A DNA stretch of 64,000 bases, taken from NCBI RefSeq assembly GCF_009914755.1, contig NC_060936.1, one strand, 5' to 3'. Made by a program: the position numbers and the translations under genes. Below the pieces are notes generated by a model. The model ran no database searches. It saw only the letters and a list, made by a program, of their open reading frames with translations, and was not told the origin of the DNA. Of this stretch, positions 1 through 15,058 are shown piece after piece (position 1 is the stretch's first letter; each line of letters opens with the position of its first letter). The stretch is from the human T2T-CHM13v2.0 reference genome, Homo sapiens.

Positions 1-198
1 AACCCCATCTCTGCTAAAAATCCAAAAGATTGGCCGGTTGTGGTGGCGGGCACCTGTGGTCCCAGCTGCTGGGGGAGTGGGGCTGAGGCAAGAGAATGGC
101 TTGAACCCGGGAGGCGGAGCTTGCAGTGAGCAGAGATCCCACCACTGCACTCCAGCCTGGGCAACAGAGTGAGACTCCGTCTCAAAAAAAAAAAAAAA
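1..198 (+). mobile_element. Alu (AluY/AluSc-like), 3' two-thirds, cut by window start
   Basis: Linker and right arm ...GGAGGCGGAGCTTGCAGTGAG...GAGACTCCGTCTC followed by poly(A) at 184-198. Confidence 0.95.
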
Positions 199-218
199 GA
201 GAAAGAAATATAGCTATT

Positions 219-1280
219 AGAACTCTCCTCTACTGCTGGTGGGAATATGAAATGGTACACACTCTGCAAAACTATTTGGCAGCTTCTTTAAAATTAAACG
301 TATTTGAAGACCCATGATTCATCAATTCTGCTTTTAGATATTAAGAAAAATATTTACTTAAGAAAAATTAAAATATATACATATATATATCCACAAAAGA
401 CTCTGCAAGAATGTTTGTAGCAGCTTAATTCTAAATAACACCAAATTGCAAATAACTCACATATTGTCATAAGAAGTCTGGATAAATAAATTGCAGTATA
501 TTCCTATTATAGAACACAACTTAGCAATGAAAAATAATAAGATACTGATATACATCGAAATATGGAAAAGATTTCAAAAACATAGAAGCACAAAGGAATA
601 TCTTTTATGATTACATTCATGTGAAATTCAAGAACAGGCAAAATTAAACTATGGGTAGGGATGAAAAACATAGGTAGTCTCTAGGGAACAGTGAATGGCT
701 GAAAAGGTGTATGAGCATTGGGGTACAAGTATGTGTTTAAAAACTTCTCTGTGGAAGGGAAAAACCCTAATTCACAAAATTTACTATTTGTATATTTCAA
801 ACAACCATTGGGAAGTTGAAGTCACTGAATACAGAATCAGGAAATTGCAATAGCATAACAAAATCTAATATTTCTTTTTTTTTGTTCATGTCATCATAAA
901 TTTATTTTCAGGCAATATGATAATATAACTTCATGAGCACAAGAGAACAGTAATATATAGTAAAATAATTATTAGTAGGATATTTTATTATACATCTATT
1001 TTGTTTTTAATATAATGTATTTAGTTGTAAGTTTAGATAATTATTTTTAATAAAACTTGTGTTTAACAAATAGTTCATAAAATTCCTGAAAAGTTGTCAG
1101 TCTTCTCTTGTAAATTTTTATAAGACATCTTCAGCAAACCCTTGGAAGAGGGGACTTTCTGAGGTATTGGCAATGTTCCATGTCAACAGGAATGGTAGTT
1201 TCATGGATGCATATATTTATCAAAACTTAGCAATTCTCCACTTATGTTCATTTATCATTATATAATTTTTACCTGAAAAC
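219..1280 (+). mobile_element. Old L1M (L1MC/L1ME-like) 3' end, interrupted by MER63
   Basis: TGCTGGTGGGAATATGAAATGGTACA..., AATTCAAGAACAGGCAAAATTAAACTATG, resuming after ~1145 with GGACTTTCTGAGGTATTGGCAATGTTC; resembles old L1 ORF2 end and 3'UTR. Confidence 0.75.
716..1145 (+). mobile_element. MER63B-like non-autonomous hAT-Blackjack DNA transposon
   Basis: Matches recalled consensus blocks TTTGTTTTTAATATAATxTATTTAxTTGTAAGTTTA and GTGTTTAACAA...AAAATTCCTGAAAA, with a degenerate terminal repeat (TCAGCAAACCCTTGG); splits the L1M. Confidence 0.7.
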
Positions 1281-1419
1281 TACATGTTATTAATAGTATG
1301 CTTTAAGATAGGTACTTTAGGATCATAAATGCTCACTTTTTCTGGGTTCCTTGGGTGATTTTATCTGCTTATTTCTAAACTTGTAAGTTTTTCCATATTA
1401 GAGTAATAGTTCTTTAAAA

Positions 1420-1626
1420 ATATTTTATTTCTATGGAATATATATTAAAAATTGCCATTTTAACCATTTCATATGTAAAATTTTGTGGCATTAATCACAT
1501 TCATGATGATAGGCAATGACTATTTTGAAAACTTTGTTATCATCCCTCCTTCCCCCAGCCCCAGGTAATTCTAATGTACTTTCTATCTCTATGAATTTGC
1601 CTATTTTAAACACTTCCTAAATGCAA
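1420..1626 (-). mobile_element. L1MB-like 3' fragment
   Basis: TTGCCATTTTAACCATTT...CCCCAGCCCCAGGTAA...TCTCTATGAATTTGCCTATT, typical of antisense L1MB 3'UTR. Confidence 0.65.
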
Positions 1627-1658
1627 ACCAAATGCAAACAAGTCATTCATTTATGCAA

Positions 1659-2187
1659 TGTAGGGGAGAAAAAGTTAAATCTTTTCATTACCCATCACAA
1701 GGTTCATGGCTGACACCCCTATAACAACATAGATTTACAACAGAAAAGCAGAACAAATTAATTCAACCAAAGTCTTTTGTGACATTGGGGCCTTCAGAAT
1801 GAAGACCCAAAGACACAGAGAAAACCATATTTTTAAGCTAAGTCTGATGAAAGAAGTGAGTAATGGTGGAGAAACATAAATGGACAAAAAGGGGTATGAT
1901 CTAACGGTAATAAACTGGGGGAACTCAGCAAGGCCTGTTTGTTCGGATTCTTTCCAATGTCTATGACATTCCTTCCCCCTACATATGGGGGCAGGACACC
2001 AGTCATATGAGAATCTTCAAAAAGAGAGAGAAGAAGGCAGAAAGTGACCTTTCTTTAGGGGATAGGAATTCTAGCTTGTATGGCTTGCTTTGTGGGGAGA
2101 GAGGGAGACAGAAGAAAGGATGGCAAAAAAGGTCAGAGTGACCTTTAAGGAGGCATATTTTGGGTTAGTGTTTTCTGAACTCAGACA
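1659..2187 (-). mobile_element. ERV1-class solo LTR (MER4-group-like; subfamily uncertain)
   Basis: TG...CA termini, ~530 bp; GGTTCATGGCTGACACCCCTATAACAA, CCTTCAGAATGAAGACCCAAAGAC and terminal ATATTTTGGGTTAGTGTTTTCTGAAC motifs. Confidence 0.75.
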
Positions 2188-2195
2188 TGAACAAA

Positions 2196-3257
2196 TTTTT
2201 TTTTTATTATTATACTTTAAGTTCTAGGGTACATGTGCACAATGTGCAGGTTTGTTACATATGTATACATGTGCCGTGTTGATGTGCTGCACCCATTAAC
2301 TGGTCATTAACATTAGGTATATCTCCTAATGCTATTCCTCCCCCCTCCCCCCACCCCACGACAGGCCCCAGTGTGTGATGTTCCCCATCCTGTGTCCAAG
2401 TGTTCTCATTGTTCAGTTCCCACCTATGAGTGAGAAAATGTGGTGTCTGGTTTTCTGTCCTTGTGATAGTTTGCTCAGAATGATGGTTTCCAGCTTCATC
2501 CATGTCCCTACAAAGGACATGAACTCATCCTTTTTTATGGTTGCATAGTATTCCGTGGTGTATATGTGCCACATTTTCTTAATTCAGTCTATCACTGATG
2601 GACATTTGGGTTGGATCGTGAAAATGGCCATACTGCTCAAGGTAATTTAAAGAGATTCAATGCCATCCCCATCAAGTTACCAATGACTTTCTTCACAGAA
2701 TTGGAAAAAACTACTTTAAAGTTCATATGGAACCAAAAAAGAGCCTGCATTGCCAAGACAATTGTAAGGCAAAAGAACAAAGCTGGAGGCATCACACTAC
2801 CTGACATCAAACTATACTACAAGGCTACAGTAACCGAAACAGCATGGCACTGGTACCAAATCAGAGGTATAGACCAATGGAAAAGAACAGAGCCCTCAGA
2901 AATAATACTACACATCTACAACCATCTGATCTTTGACAAACCTGACAAAAACAAGAAAAGGGGAAAGGATTCCCTATTTAATAAATGGTGCTGGGAAAAC
3001 TGGCTAGCCATATGTAGAAAGCTGAAACTGGATCCCTTCCTTACAACTTATACAGAAATTAATTCAAGATGGATTAAAGACTTAAATGTTAGACCTAAAA
3101 CCATAAAAACCCTAGAAGAAAACCTAGGCAATACCATTCAGGACATAGGCATGGGCAAGGACTTCATGACTAAAACACCAAAAGCAATGGCATCAAAAGC
3201 CAAAATTGACAGATAGGATCTAATTAAACTAAGGAGCTTCTGCACAGCAAAAGAAAC
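2196..3257 (-). mobile_element. L1PA5/4-like, 5'-truncated and 5'-inverted (twin priming)
   Basis: 2196-2614 is antisense 3'UTR/ORF2 end; 2615-3257 is sense ORF2 (ORF 2611-3216); degenerate 16-bp TSD at 2190-2205 and 3255-3270. Confidence 0.92.
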
Positions 3258-5742
3258 AAATATTCTTTTTACATCCTACTATGTGCTGGCATTGAAAAAT
3301 ATTCATGAGATTATAAAAATTAGGAAAATATTTAATCATTTCTGCCCTCATGGAGTTTACATTCTTATTATTGTTGCTTAGGTGATAATGTTTTTCTTTC
3401 TTCCTCCTCCCCTGCCTTTGGCCAGGATTTTTAGTAACATATGATTTCTAATGAGAACATCCTAGAACTTGAAAAGATGAAATAAATGATTCTGTTTCAT
3501 GTTCCAAATGGCAGCTATTCTCCAGGGGATAAATATTTGAAAGATAGAGATGTAACAGCTTAAGTTTGTCCATCATTTTTCTCTCTTGGTCATTCATTTT
3601 TCAACTTGAGTTCAGGAGTTAAACAAAAAAGAAGAAACAGAGAAACTGATTTAATGACATCAGATTATTTCTTCAAGGGCTATAATATTATGATTAGTCT
3701 ACCACTGGGAAACATTGAACGTTCAGTTGAGAATGCTCCCTAAATGTGTTGGTTGCTAACAAATATAATAAAATCTTTCATATTTATGGTACTTTAACCA
3801 TTGAAGCTTATGATTATCCTGTAAGGGAGACCACAACAGAAAATAATTTCATGTCTTATAATTGGGAAAACAATGATTATGTGATTTGCCCAGCATCATA
3901 TGTAAAATCCTGTACTCAAACCAAGGTCAATTTAAATATTTTTATAATGGATTCTGTTGTATGGTATATGCAATGTAATTATCTTTGGCAATAGTAAATT
4001 TTAAGAGAATTTGGATCTAATAATCTCTATCAAAATTTTTGTGTAATGAAAGAAATCACAAATGACTTGAATAGAGTTTTATGTTTTTAAAGTGTATAAT
4101 GCATTTATTTCACTTACTTTAATTTTGTTGTGTCATTGGTTTATAAATTCAGATACACATGAATAGCATTCTACATGTTTAACAATGGTATCTAACAGTG
4201 TGCTTACTATATCCCAAAATATATAGTAAGCAAAGTGAATCATTGTGTTACAAGGGTTAATAAACATTGTCCAAAAATTTATGGTCTATTTGGTCTGAAT
4301 TGTGATGATAATGGGTTTTAATGCCATTTATGTGCTATATTTTTTAAAATTTGAATTTGTTAGTGATAACATCAGTAAAAAGTAAACATTGATCTTATAC
4401 TGATGAATGAATCAATCCCAAAATGTGGTACAAAATTCCACATAAAGTATATTCAGTGTTTGTTATAATTCATATGCAGATAAATTAGCCTGTTCACAGA
4501 TGCATGTAAAAGATCATAGGTGAACTACTTACCGAAGAAGAAATTTTATGATAATTTAGAGGGTTCATTATTTGACCTACTCTCTTTGGCTTGAGTAATA
4601 CTTTCAGCATTTATATACTATATGTTTTGAAAAACTACATTAACATTTTAAAATTTGAATTCTTTTATGTGACTCTCCATATTTTATCAGGATCCAACTT
4701 GTAATTGACAGATCATTTAACAAAATGAATATCTTACATATGACTAATTAATGTGAAAAAAAATTAAATTTAGTGAATAATTTCCCCCAATGGGCACTCT
4801 TTGAGTAAGCTAATTCTCTAAATTTTTTGCATAAATTAATTTATAAATTATGCATATTTCAAAATTATTTGCATACTCATGAAGTGTATTTTGTCAAAAT
4901 TCATATTCTACATTTTTATACTTGCCATTATTAACTCTATATGAATATTGACTATGCTGTTTCATTCTCATCTCTTTTTATGTTAGTGGTACCAGACTAT
5001 AAAATGACAATTCCAAGTCTCTAATAACAGTAGTAATAACTGTTTCTTTTCATGTGCCAACTTGTTCTCACAGTATGACAGCTGCTGCTCTTCTCATTAG
5101 TATCTCTTTCATATTTTCATGCTGTAAGAGTTGGCACAACAAACAAGAAGCTACTTTTTCATCAATTCCTTTGTTGAATTCTTGCCAAAATATGGTAGCC
5201 CATTCTCTTCCTTTGCACCATTTCATGAGCTCAAATAGCCATGATGTATTCTGTTTAATACTTTCTGGCAGAGGTTATTGGAAATAGCCCTGCAATCATA
5301 TTTCGGCAAAACACTATTCACCATTGTGAGAGATGCCCTGATGTTCCCATATGCCCATAAGGCTTTTTTTAGTTTCTTTTACTTTTTCAGCCAACCTACT
5401 CATAATAAAATTAATACATTGTTAACATCAGGTCCACAGCTATTTCCTATGACATCCATCTGGACTTCTCTTCCATAATAGGCAAAATTTTATTAATGGT
5501 AACAATCTGTTTTACCAGACCTGAAATATTCTGGACAATATTCCCAAAGTTAACAATTTTTCACATGAGTTTGCAACAGGTACTTCCAAAGCACTGAGTA
5601 TATAGTCGGATTTGAATCTTAAGATCATAATTATGCTGAAAAAGAGGCCTGCTAGATTTAATATAGAGAGGTCTGATATGTTCATTCATATGATAATCCT
5701 GAGTTTCCAGAGGTTTTTTAGGAAATAGGTGCTATACTTGCT

Positions 5743-6150
5743 ATTGTTTAGGTTTGGTTCCCTGGAACCAGAGGTGATACCTGGGAAAGTTATTTATTTA
5801 AGATGGCTTTCAGGAGAAAGGAGTGGAAGGAGAAGCATAAACCATGGAAAAAAGCCAAACAAGAATTTGGTTTTACCCAGAGACTTGCTTTAGCAAGATC
5901 TCACAGGGACATCTGTAGCACCAATTGAACCTAAGAGTTGTTTTCATTTTAAGGTAAGGGAGCCAGCTTCTCCTTGAAAGAAGTCCTCATGTGAGAAAGT
6001 CTTTAATTGTTGATGGCTAAGAGTGGCTGGCCAGATAACCTCTTACTTGAGCAATTGATGAGCTCCTGTTTGGCCAGGGAAAATACTCCAGAAAAAATAC
6101 TACCTGTCAGTAATTAGAAGCCAACTGTCATACCAGTTGGGGTCAAGTCC
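5743..6150 (-). mobile_element. ERVL LTR33/LTR16-like solo LTR, degraded
   Basis: GGTTCCCTGGAACCAGA...TTTATT...GATCTCACAGGGACATCTGTAGC...AGAGTTG similar to antisense LTR33 family. Confidence 0.55.
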
Positions 6151-6246
6151 ACAAGCCTAGTAATTATAGGTATTTTATGTAACTGTAGATGACCAATTAC
6201 ATCAATAATAAGATATTCCGCACCTATAAAAGAATCACATCATGAC

Positions 6247-6585
6247 TTTTTTTTGACACTGTGGTAAAATAGACAAAAACCTTATCATTTTAACCACTTC
6301 TAAATGTACAGTTCAGTGGTATTAAGTGAATTTATATTGTTCAACCATCACCACTATTCATCTCCAGAACTCTTCATCTTGCAAAACTGAAACTCTGTCC
6401 CTATTAAACAATGAATTCTCATTCTCTGCCTTCTCCTTTACCCCATTTCCTGCCCAGTCTCTAGCAACCATCATTCCACTTTTTGTTTGAGTTTTGACTA
6501 CACTAAGTACCTCATACAAGTGAAATCATACAGTATTATACAGTATTTTGCTTTTTGTGACTGGTTTAATGCACTTAGCAAAATA
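6247..6585 (-). mobile_element. L1MB (L1MB3/4-like) 3' fragment
   Basis: TGTACAGTTCAGTGGTATTAAGT...CATCTTGCAAAACTGAAACTCTGT...ACCTCATACAAGTGAAATCATACAGTATT. Confidence 0.85.
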
Positions 6586-9539
6586 TTTACCTCTGTAAGC
6601 AGTATACTGTATCACATAGAGACAGACACAGCCATGGATTTTGAAATATCTTCTTCAATTTTGGGAAGCTCTTAAAAGTAACTCTGAAATTCAGTGTCAG
6701 CAAAAAAAGAAATTTGGCCTTTCTTTGTCTACTCTTACCAGAGTTTTGTATGTTTCATGCTCAGAAGCATGTCTGACTTTTTAGCCAACATCTATTATGG
6801 AAAATTTTTGTTTTTCATCACTTGAGGTTGTTTCTATAGCCCTCTCAGTACTGCAATACTTCTTTTCAATAAACAAAAAAGTAATGATCTATTAAAAGAA
6901 TACAAGAGAATGTGATGAACTCTTTTTGCTTCATTCTATGGCAAGTAAAATAATGGTAGTGAATTAGCATTCCACATGCTGAAACTGTATTTAATTTGCA
7001 TGTTATTAAATAATCAAATATTTTCTGATATACATTTTGATTAACAATCATTTGACCCATTTTATGGCCTCTTATCCATTTATGTTTTCCAGTAAAGGGT
7101 TTAGAAAAACATAATCATAATCGTAGAAAAAAGATAACTTGATGAAAACTTCATAAACTTAGTTTTGTTTAATAATCAAATTTAAATTACGAACAAAACA
7201 TAATTTGACCATTTACATGATTTTTTATTAAATTGTTTGTACACAGCTTTTCTTGGATAAGCTTTAATCAGCATACTTTTCATTCACAGTAATTTGTTTA
7301 CTCAAATTAACAGGAGAGATTATGCACTGTGTATCATATTGATGTTAGATAGGTGTACATCTAACAGCTATAAATATTGTATTACACCTAAAAATGAGTG
7401 ATGAATAGCTCAGTCTTTCCAGTATGGTTAGAATTACTTGGTATTTTAACACTTTGAAAGCCTCATTTCACCACCATCTGTGCATGGGTGGTTTATACAC
7501 TTTTTACTTCTTACTGAAAAGTTTGGGATTTCTTTCTCATTACCTGTCATAACCAATCATTGGCCAATGGAGTGTGATGTGCGTTGATTCTAGTGAAAAG
7601 ACTTCCCCTAACTTAGCTTCACTTCAGACATCTATTACCTTACTGAACCCTGAACTTACTATTATAATTATTTTTTGGCAAGGCAAGCTTGGGTACCAGG
7701 GGCTTCATAGAGGTGAGACTAAGCATGGCAAGAAAGAATAGCAAATCGGAGTGAGACTAGCTGAACGATCTCACTTTTCTCAGGTGACTTGTGTGAGCAG
7801 CCATATACTGTACCTGACAATATTCTAAAAATGAGAATTTTTATATAACAGAGAAATTTTAAAATCTGAATAACAAGATATACCACCCTCTGTTTTCTGC
7901 CTGCATCGTATTACCTCTATTAAAATTAATTTAATCATATAAATGAGGTTTTTAAAAAATAAATAGATATAGCATTGACATTTTACTTTACAGTTCATAA
8001 ACCTTTTTATTTGGTTTACACTCTTTGTTTGTTAAGTTCTCAAAATATCCTCTTGGGTTATGTAGGACAGATACTGTTACTCTGATGATACGTTTGTAGT
8101 AAAAATCAAGGCACAGTGAGAATGCTTTATAATATTTTAAAAGACTGTAGTCCCCAGATGAACTGTATGTGTGCTATATCTCATCACTTTCCACTCTGTG
8201 CTCATGGCAGATATTACTATCAGTCATGGTATATTTTATGAATTATAATATCTAAGATAACAAAGATATAGAAGTTTATGCATCAACCATAAGTACTTGC
8301 ACCTTGCAGGTAAAGGGTAATCTAGCCCAGAGAACTATCATGCCTAGCAATTTTCTTCTAAGCGAAGACTGGAAAGCTGAGGAAAATCTTTGATACTAAT
8401 CTATTGTTATATTCCTTCCTTCCTCCTGAGATACCACAGCCTGGAAGTTAATTTTTTAGGCTATTGTCTGGTGAAGGTAACAAATCTTGAAATATATCAG
8501 GTTCATAGCAATCAATCTCTCTCCTCTACAGCCAAACATATTCTCTCTTTCTCCCTCTCTCTCATTCTCTCTCCCTCATTCTTACCCTCTTGGACATTTC
8601 AGAGTTAGCTTTTATTATTATTATTTTTAATCTAACAGGCTTTTTTTTTATCTCAAGTCCTTCGCTTATTTTTTAATTGTAAATGGAACAACTTTAAGCA
8701 TTGAATGTTCTATGTGTGATTGGGATCAAACTGAAATAATTGAAATAGTCAAAAGGGACACATATTTCCAGACTGTTTCAAATGTCTATTATCTTCTCAG
8801 AATTATAAACTCATAATGTGGCCCTGATTCTCCTTCACACATTTATATTGTGATTTATAAATATATATGCACTTTATCTATCATATTTACATTTACTTAT
8901 CCAGTAAAAGCAGAATATTATAAGCATTGGCTAACATTAGACAGAATAATGCAATGACTCATGAGATAATATTATTGGTGCTTTAAGAAAAAAACAGTGT
9001 AATAATTAGCTTGACTTAATGGTCTGTTCTCTGCTTGGACAGTTTTAATACTTGCTGTTCACTGCTTTTAAATGGAATTTTTATTAGACTTTTGATTATT
9101 ATTGACAATTTATTTGAAATCTGGAGATAAATATCTTTTGTAAAAAATAACTATTATTTTATTTGTATGTAGATCAGTTTTTGATACTGTAGACATAAAA
9201 CATGTCTTAGACTTATTATATATTGCTTTAAGCAAGTATATGGAATTTTTCAAACAGTCATAATGTAGTTTTAAACTTGATCAGTAATTAAAAGTTTTCC
9301 CCAGTCATGCTCTCACCCATCCTCGGACTTCTGCTTTCTTAATATTGAAAGATGCCACCATCTTTTCAATTTTATAATTTAGTTTAGGAGTACTTACATA
9401 TTGTTTTTATCTTCCTTCTTTCAGATACTCTTACATTCTATGTCAAATTATAGAAATCATAATCATCTTCTGGAACTCTTATTCTTATTATTTTATTTTT
9501 TTCTTGTTTTTGTTAGTTTTCTCTAAAAAGTCATTTATA

Positions 9540-10035
9540 ATCAGTGTTCCCAATTCTTACATTTTTATTCATACCTCAACCTACTACTATTAGATTAGTT
9601 TTGTCTAATTTCATTGAATTTGTTCTTATTTAGTTTACAAATGGCCTCCTACATATAAAACCAAATAAGCTTCAATATGTTTTAGCTTTCTTTCTAGTTT
9701 TATTCACATAATAATGGGTTACTGCTATCCTTTCTTTATTGAAATTCTACTTATTTAGTATTAAGGATACAACCTGCTAATATCTAAGCGTTTATATCAA
9801 TCTTATTATCTGCCATTTCCTGCAATGTCATAATAGCTGAATCCCCATATATATCAAATAAATCACTTTATAATACCTAGCCAATTCTGTCTCCTGATGT
9901 ATCTGTTTCTATGGATGGTACCACTATCAATCCAGTTGTCCACATCAAGAGCCCAGAGGCCAATCATAGCTTCTATTTTCTTTGCCCACAACTGTATCCT
10001 GTCAGTCAATAAGAACTACAGATTCTGTTCTGTAA
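9540..10035 (+). mobile_element. L2 fragments
   Basis: Degenerate L2 motifs, e.g. GATGGTACCACTATCAATCCAGTTG and TCCTGTCAGTCAATAAG. Confidence 0.5.
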
Positions 10036-10204
10036 AGAGCTGTTTTGTATTGTTTTTAATACATTTTTATTTGTTCCTTCAGTAACTAATTAGTATGTTC
10101 TAGAAGCTATTGATGCTTAATGAGAAAAAATAGAGAAATTTTGGTATTCACGAAACTTATAAGAAGGTGGACAAATACTAAATAGACAAATCAAAAAATT
10201 ATCT

Positions 10205-10705
10205 TATTATCTATTGTGCAGAACAAATCTTCATCAAAGTTAAGGCTTCATAACTATTTTCTGATATTCACAACTGTGAGGTTAGGAGTTTAGGCAAGGT
10301 GGCTTGTCTTTGCTATATGGTATCTGGGGCATGAGCTGAGCTAGATTAAATATATGGGAAGGTTTTAGATAGTTCAACTGGGCTCATATGTCAAGGTTTC
10401 AGATCTTCATTTGGAATATGCTGGTGGTGACATGTCTAAAATGGTTTCTTCACTGGTGCCTGGGCTGGTTAGCATCACTTTCCCTCCATGTGGTCTCTCC
10501 ACATGGCCATTGTCAACTTCTTCAGATCAAAGTGGCCTTATGGCAGTCAAACTTCTTCCATTCTGGTTGGTTGAACCCAGGATAGCACTTTAAGGGAAGC
10601 AAAATGGAAACCACACTCATCCTCTGAAAGACTAGGGCCAGAATTGGAATGGCATTACTTTCACCATATACAATTGGTCAAAGCAGTCACAGGCCAACCC
10701 AGTGG
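10205..10705 (-). mobile_element. MLT1 (G/H-like) MaLR LTR
   Basis: CTCCATGTGGTCTCTCCACATGG and CATTACTTTCACCATATACAATTGGTCAAAGCAGTCACAGGCCAACCCAG. Confidence 0.75.
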
Positions 10706-11479
10706 CATCTGGGGAAATTTCTGGAGTATATTGGGAGACACGTGTTCCTGCTAGAGTCATTCAGAGCTTCATGGGCTTCCCTTAAGTCTTGCTGTGGTTG
10801 TCTTGAGGCTCAGAGAGGAGTGGTTTGACTAGCAATTCTGCCTTTGTTGAGGCTGGAACACTTTTTGTCTCTCTTTCTTTCTCTCTTTCTCCCTCCATTT
10901 CTCCCTTCTTTCTTCTTTCCTTCCTTTGTTTCTTTTTTCTCCTTTCTTATTATTTTAATTACCTCTATAGCTTCATAATGGATCTCCCTGCCTCCAGAGA
11001 TGGTTTCCTTTCCTCTATACTCTGTATTGTATAGACAGATAAATTTTTCAAGTTCAAAATGTCTTATCATTCCTTGCTTAGTTAATGAATCTTCCAAACT
11101 TTTAGGATACAGGTCAAGTTTCTGAGCTCTCATATTAGCCCAGAAAACATTTGATATTTTAATGCTGATATACATTTGTGTATTCTTAAGACCTAATCAC
11201 ATATAACCTATGTATTAATGTTGGCTTATGCCCAGGTACCTCTTAAATTCTTTACTTTCTGATTGTAATTCCATGGCCTCTTCCCTCTTCCAGGGACATT
11301 ATACTTCTATAAAGCATGTTTTTGTTGAAAATTATGTAATGGCATCTCTTCCTCTTTGGTAGAAAAAAAACAGCATGAGAATTCATGTCTTGCCAGAAAG
11401 TGTTGATTTCAATGCTGATATATAACAATTGCCAGACGAGCTTGTGTGGCCATCAACCTGAACCATCATACATGGAGGC

Positions 11480-11665
11480 ACAGCTCCAGTCTCCTGATAT
11501 CAGCTGGCTGAGATTTTGCACTTTCAAAGCCTTTGTTTATTTATATATAAAATGAGGTCAATCATTTTTATTATAACATTTTGTGAGTGTTAAATGAATA
11601 ACATTTGCAAAGCATTTAGTAGGGCACTTAGCACAGTGTAAGTGGTATGTAACTGTTTGCTATTA
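11480..11665 (+). mobile_element. MIR
   Basis: Core TATAAAATGAGG...TTGTGAGTGTTAAATGAATAACATTTGCAAAGCATTTAG...GCACAGTGTAAGTG. Confidence 0.7.
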
Positions 11666-12569
11666 CCTTGATTACTTAGACTCCAAGAAAATTCAATAGT
11701 TTTTTTTCTTAAAAAAGGGAGTCTTTCTACTCTAGGTAACATGTAGACAATTAATCATATAGTATGACCAGGGCTTCAAGTAAGAATACATATGTGCAAG
11801 TATAGTAGTAGCTATAAGGAAATATAATTTCTACTCAAGAGGTAAGGTAGGGAATCTTTACAAGGAGATAACTCATACAAGGTATAAAGAGTGAGTAGTA
11901 AACTTTATGTTTGGAATCCCACCTCTTGGACATCAGACGTCAGAGTGTGCACACTTGTGTGTGTGCAAGTATGTGTGTATAATTAAAACTAAAGAGTAAT
12001 CCAATGGTTATTTAAAACACCAGTAAAGGATTTTCAGGGCGGAGCATTTTTTTACTGATAATATTTAGAGCTGCTAGTGAATGGTGATAATAAATAGACT
12101 AAATTTGTCAGCGTATGGAATTTGATTTCTCTATAGGCAATGGGGCTTCACTCACTGCCTGTACCTGAAGCAATCACTCCCACTATAGTACTCATGATAC
12201 TGCACTGGAGCTGGGTATACCCAACATAACGGGTACGTTTTCTTAATTCTCAAAATGTTGCTGAGCCAAATCATATTTCCAAAGGGGTACATCGATGGAG
12301 AGAAGCAACTGTCTTTTTTTTCTAATTGAACAATGTCATCTTATGAGTTACAGAGGACTCTAGGAATTCTAGGGAGAAAAAACAAAAACAAAAAACAGAA
12401 GTAAAAAGGCACCAGAGCATAAAAGAGTATGACACAACCAGAGAACTGATTTTAGAGCAAAGCAATAAGTGACCAGAGAATGAAGTGAAAATAGAGAAGG
12501 AGGCCACATCAGAATATTCAAGGCTTGGAGTACCAATCTATACTAATATAAGCAATTAGAAACTCATTC

Positions 12570-12752
12570 TAAATTCTTCAGGAGAATATTGAATACTTTT
12601 ATACAGAAGTGATTGTTTGAGATTTTCATGTAGAAAGGTATCTCTGGCCACGATATGGGAAATAGAAGGGTAGAGAGTAAGAGTGGAGGCAGGGGATCAT
12701 TGGGATCCTTTTGAAATATCAAGGAAAAAGTGATGAAACCTTGAATCAAGGC
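12570..12752 (-). mobile_element. L2 fragment
   Basis: AGAAAGGTATCTCTGGC...AAGAGTGGAGGCAGGGGA...GTGATGAAACCTTGAATCAAGGCA. Confidence 0.6.
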
Positions 12753-13029
12753 ACTGTTTCTGATAAGAATACATTTTCTCTGGCTATACGAACAACACAG
12801 CAGCAGCTATGAGAAGTGGCCAAACTCTGAATTGCTCTGATGGGTTCTTTGAATCCCAGGATTTTCCAGCAGATGTCTCAAGCAGTGGCTTTTATATCTT
12901 CTATTCCTCACAGGAAAACTTGACCATAAGCTCGAGTAAGTATGTAATGTGACTTCATTGCCATTTCCAAGCCAGGCAAAATAAAATAATAATAATAATA
13001 AAAGCTCTAGGATCTGTGAAGCACATACC

Positions 13030-14315
<1,286 letters not shown>

Positions 14316-14424
14316 TTCGAGGAAAAAGTAAACATGCAATATGTTAAACTCTTGAGATTGAGGGTAGTTTGTTTCTGGAACAAAACCGATTTATTCAGAC
14401 TGCTTCACAGTTATAAAAATAATT

Positions 14425-15016
14425 ACTCTTTTATGTTGCTATTGCTGCATAAGAAATGAACACAAATCTAGAAGCTTAAGCCAATACCCATGTATTATCT
14501 TACAGTTTCTGTGGGTCAGGCATCCAGGCACAGCTTAGCTGGGTCTTCTGCTCAGCATCCCCCAAGGCTGCAAATGACTTTTGTTGAGACTGTACTCCCA
14601 CTTGGAGGCTTGTCTGGGGAAAAATCCACTTGCAAACTTCTTAAGGTTTTGGCAAATTTGTTTCCATGCAGCTGTGTTACTAGAACCCTGACTTTTGCTG
14701 CCTGTCAGCTGCAGGCAGCCCTGGCGTCCTAGAGGCTGTTCACAATTCATCATCAGATGAACTTCTCTAGCATGGCCTCTTTGTTAATTAAACCTGTAAG
14801 AGTCTCTGAATTCTTTTAAAGCTTTAACCTGAATAAGTCCCCTGTTTAAGGGGTTTCACCTGATTGAGTCAGACCATGCAAGACTGTCTTCTGCTAATTA
14901 ACTCTGAATAAGCCTAGACTGTAAGGTAAGAATATCTGCAAAATCCCTTCATGTTTGTTATACTCTTTTGACCAGTGGTAGGTAATGGGTTACCCCCCCC
15001 CTCCCCATGCCGCCCG

Positions 15017-15058
<42 letters not shown>

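Noticed and set aside
7551-7570. AACCAATCATTGGCCAATGG triple CCAAT palindrome as a promoter
   Set aside because: No CpG island or other promoter context; resembles a decayed MLT1-type LTR motif.
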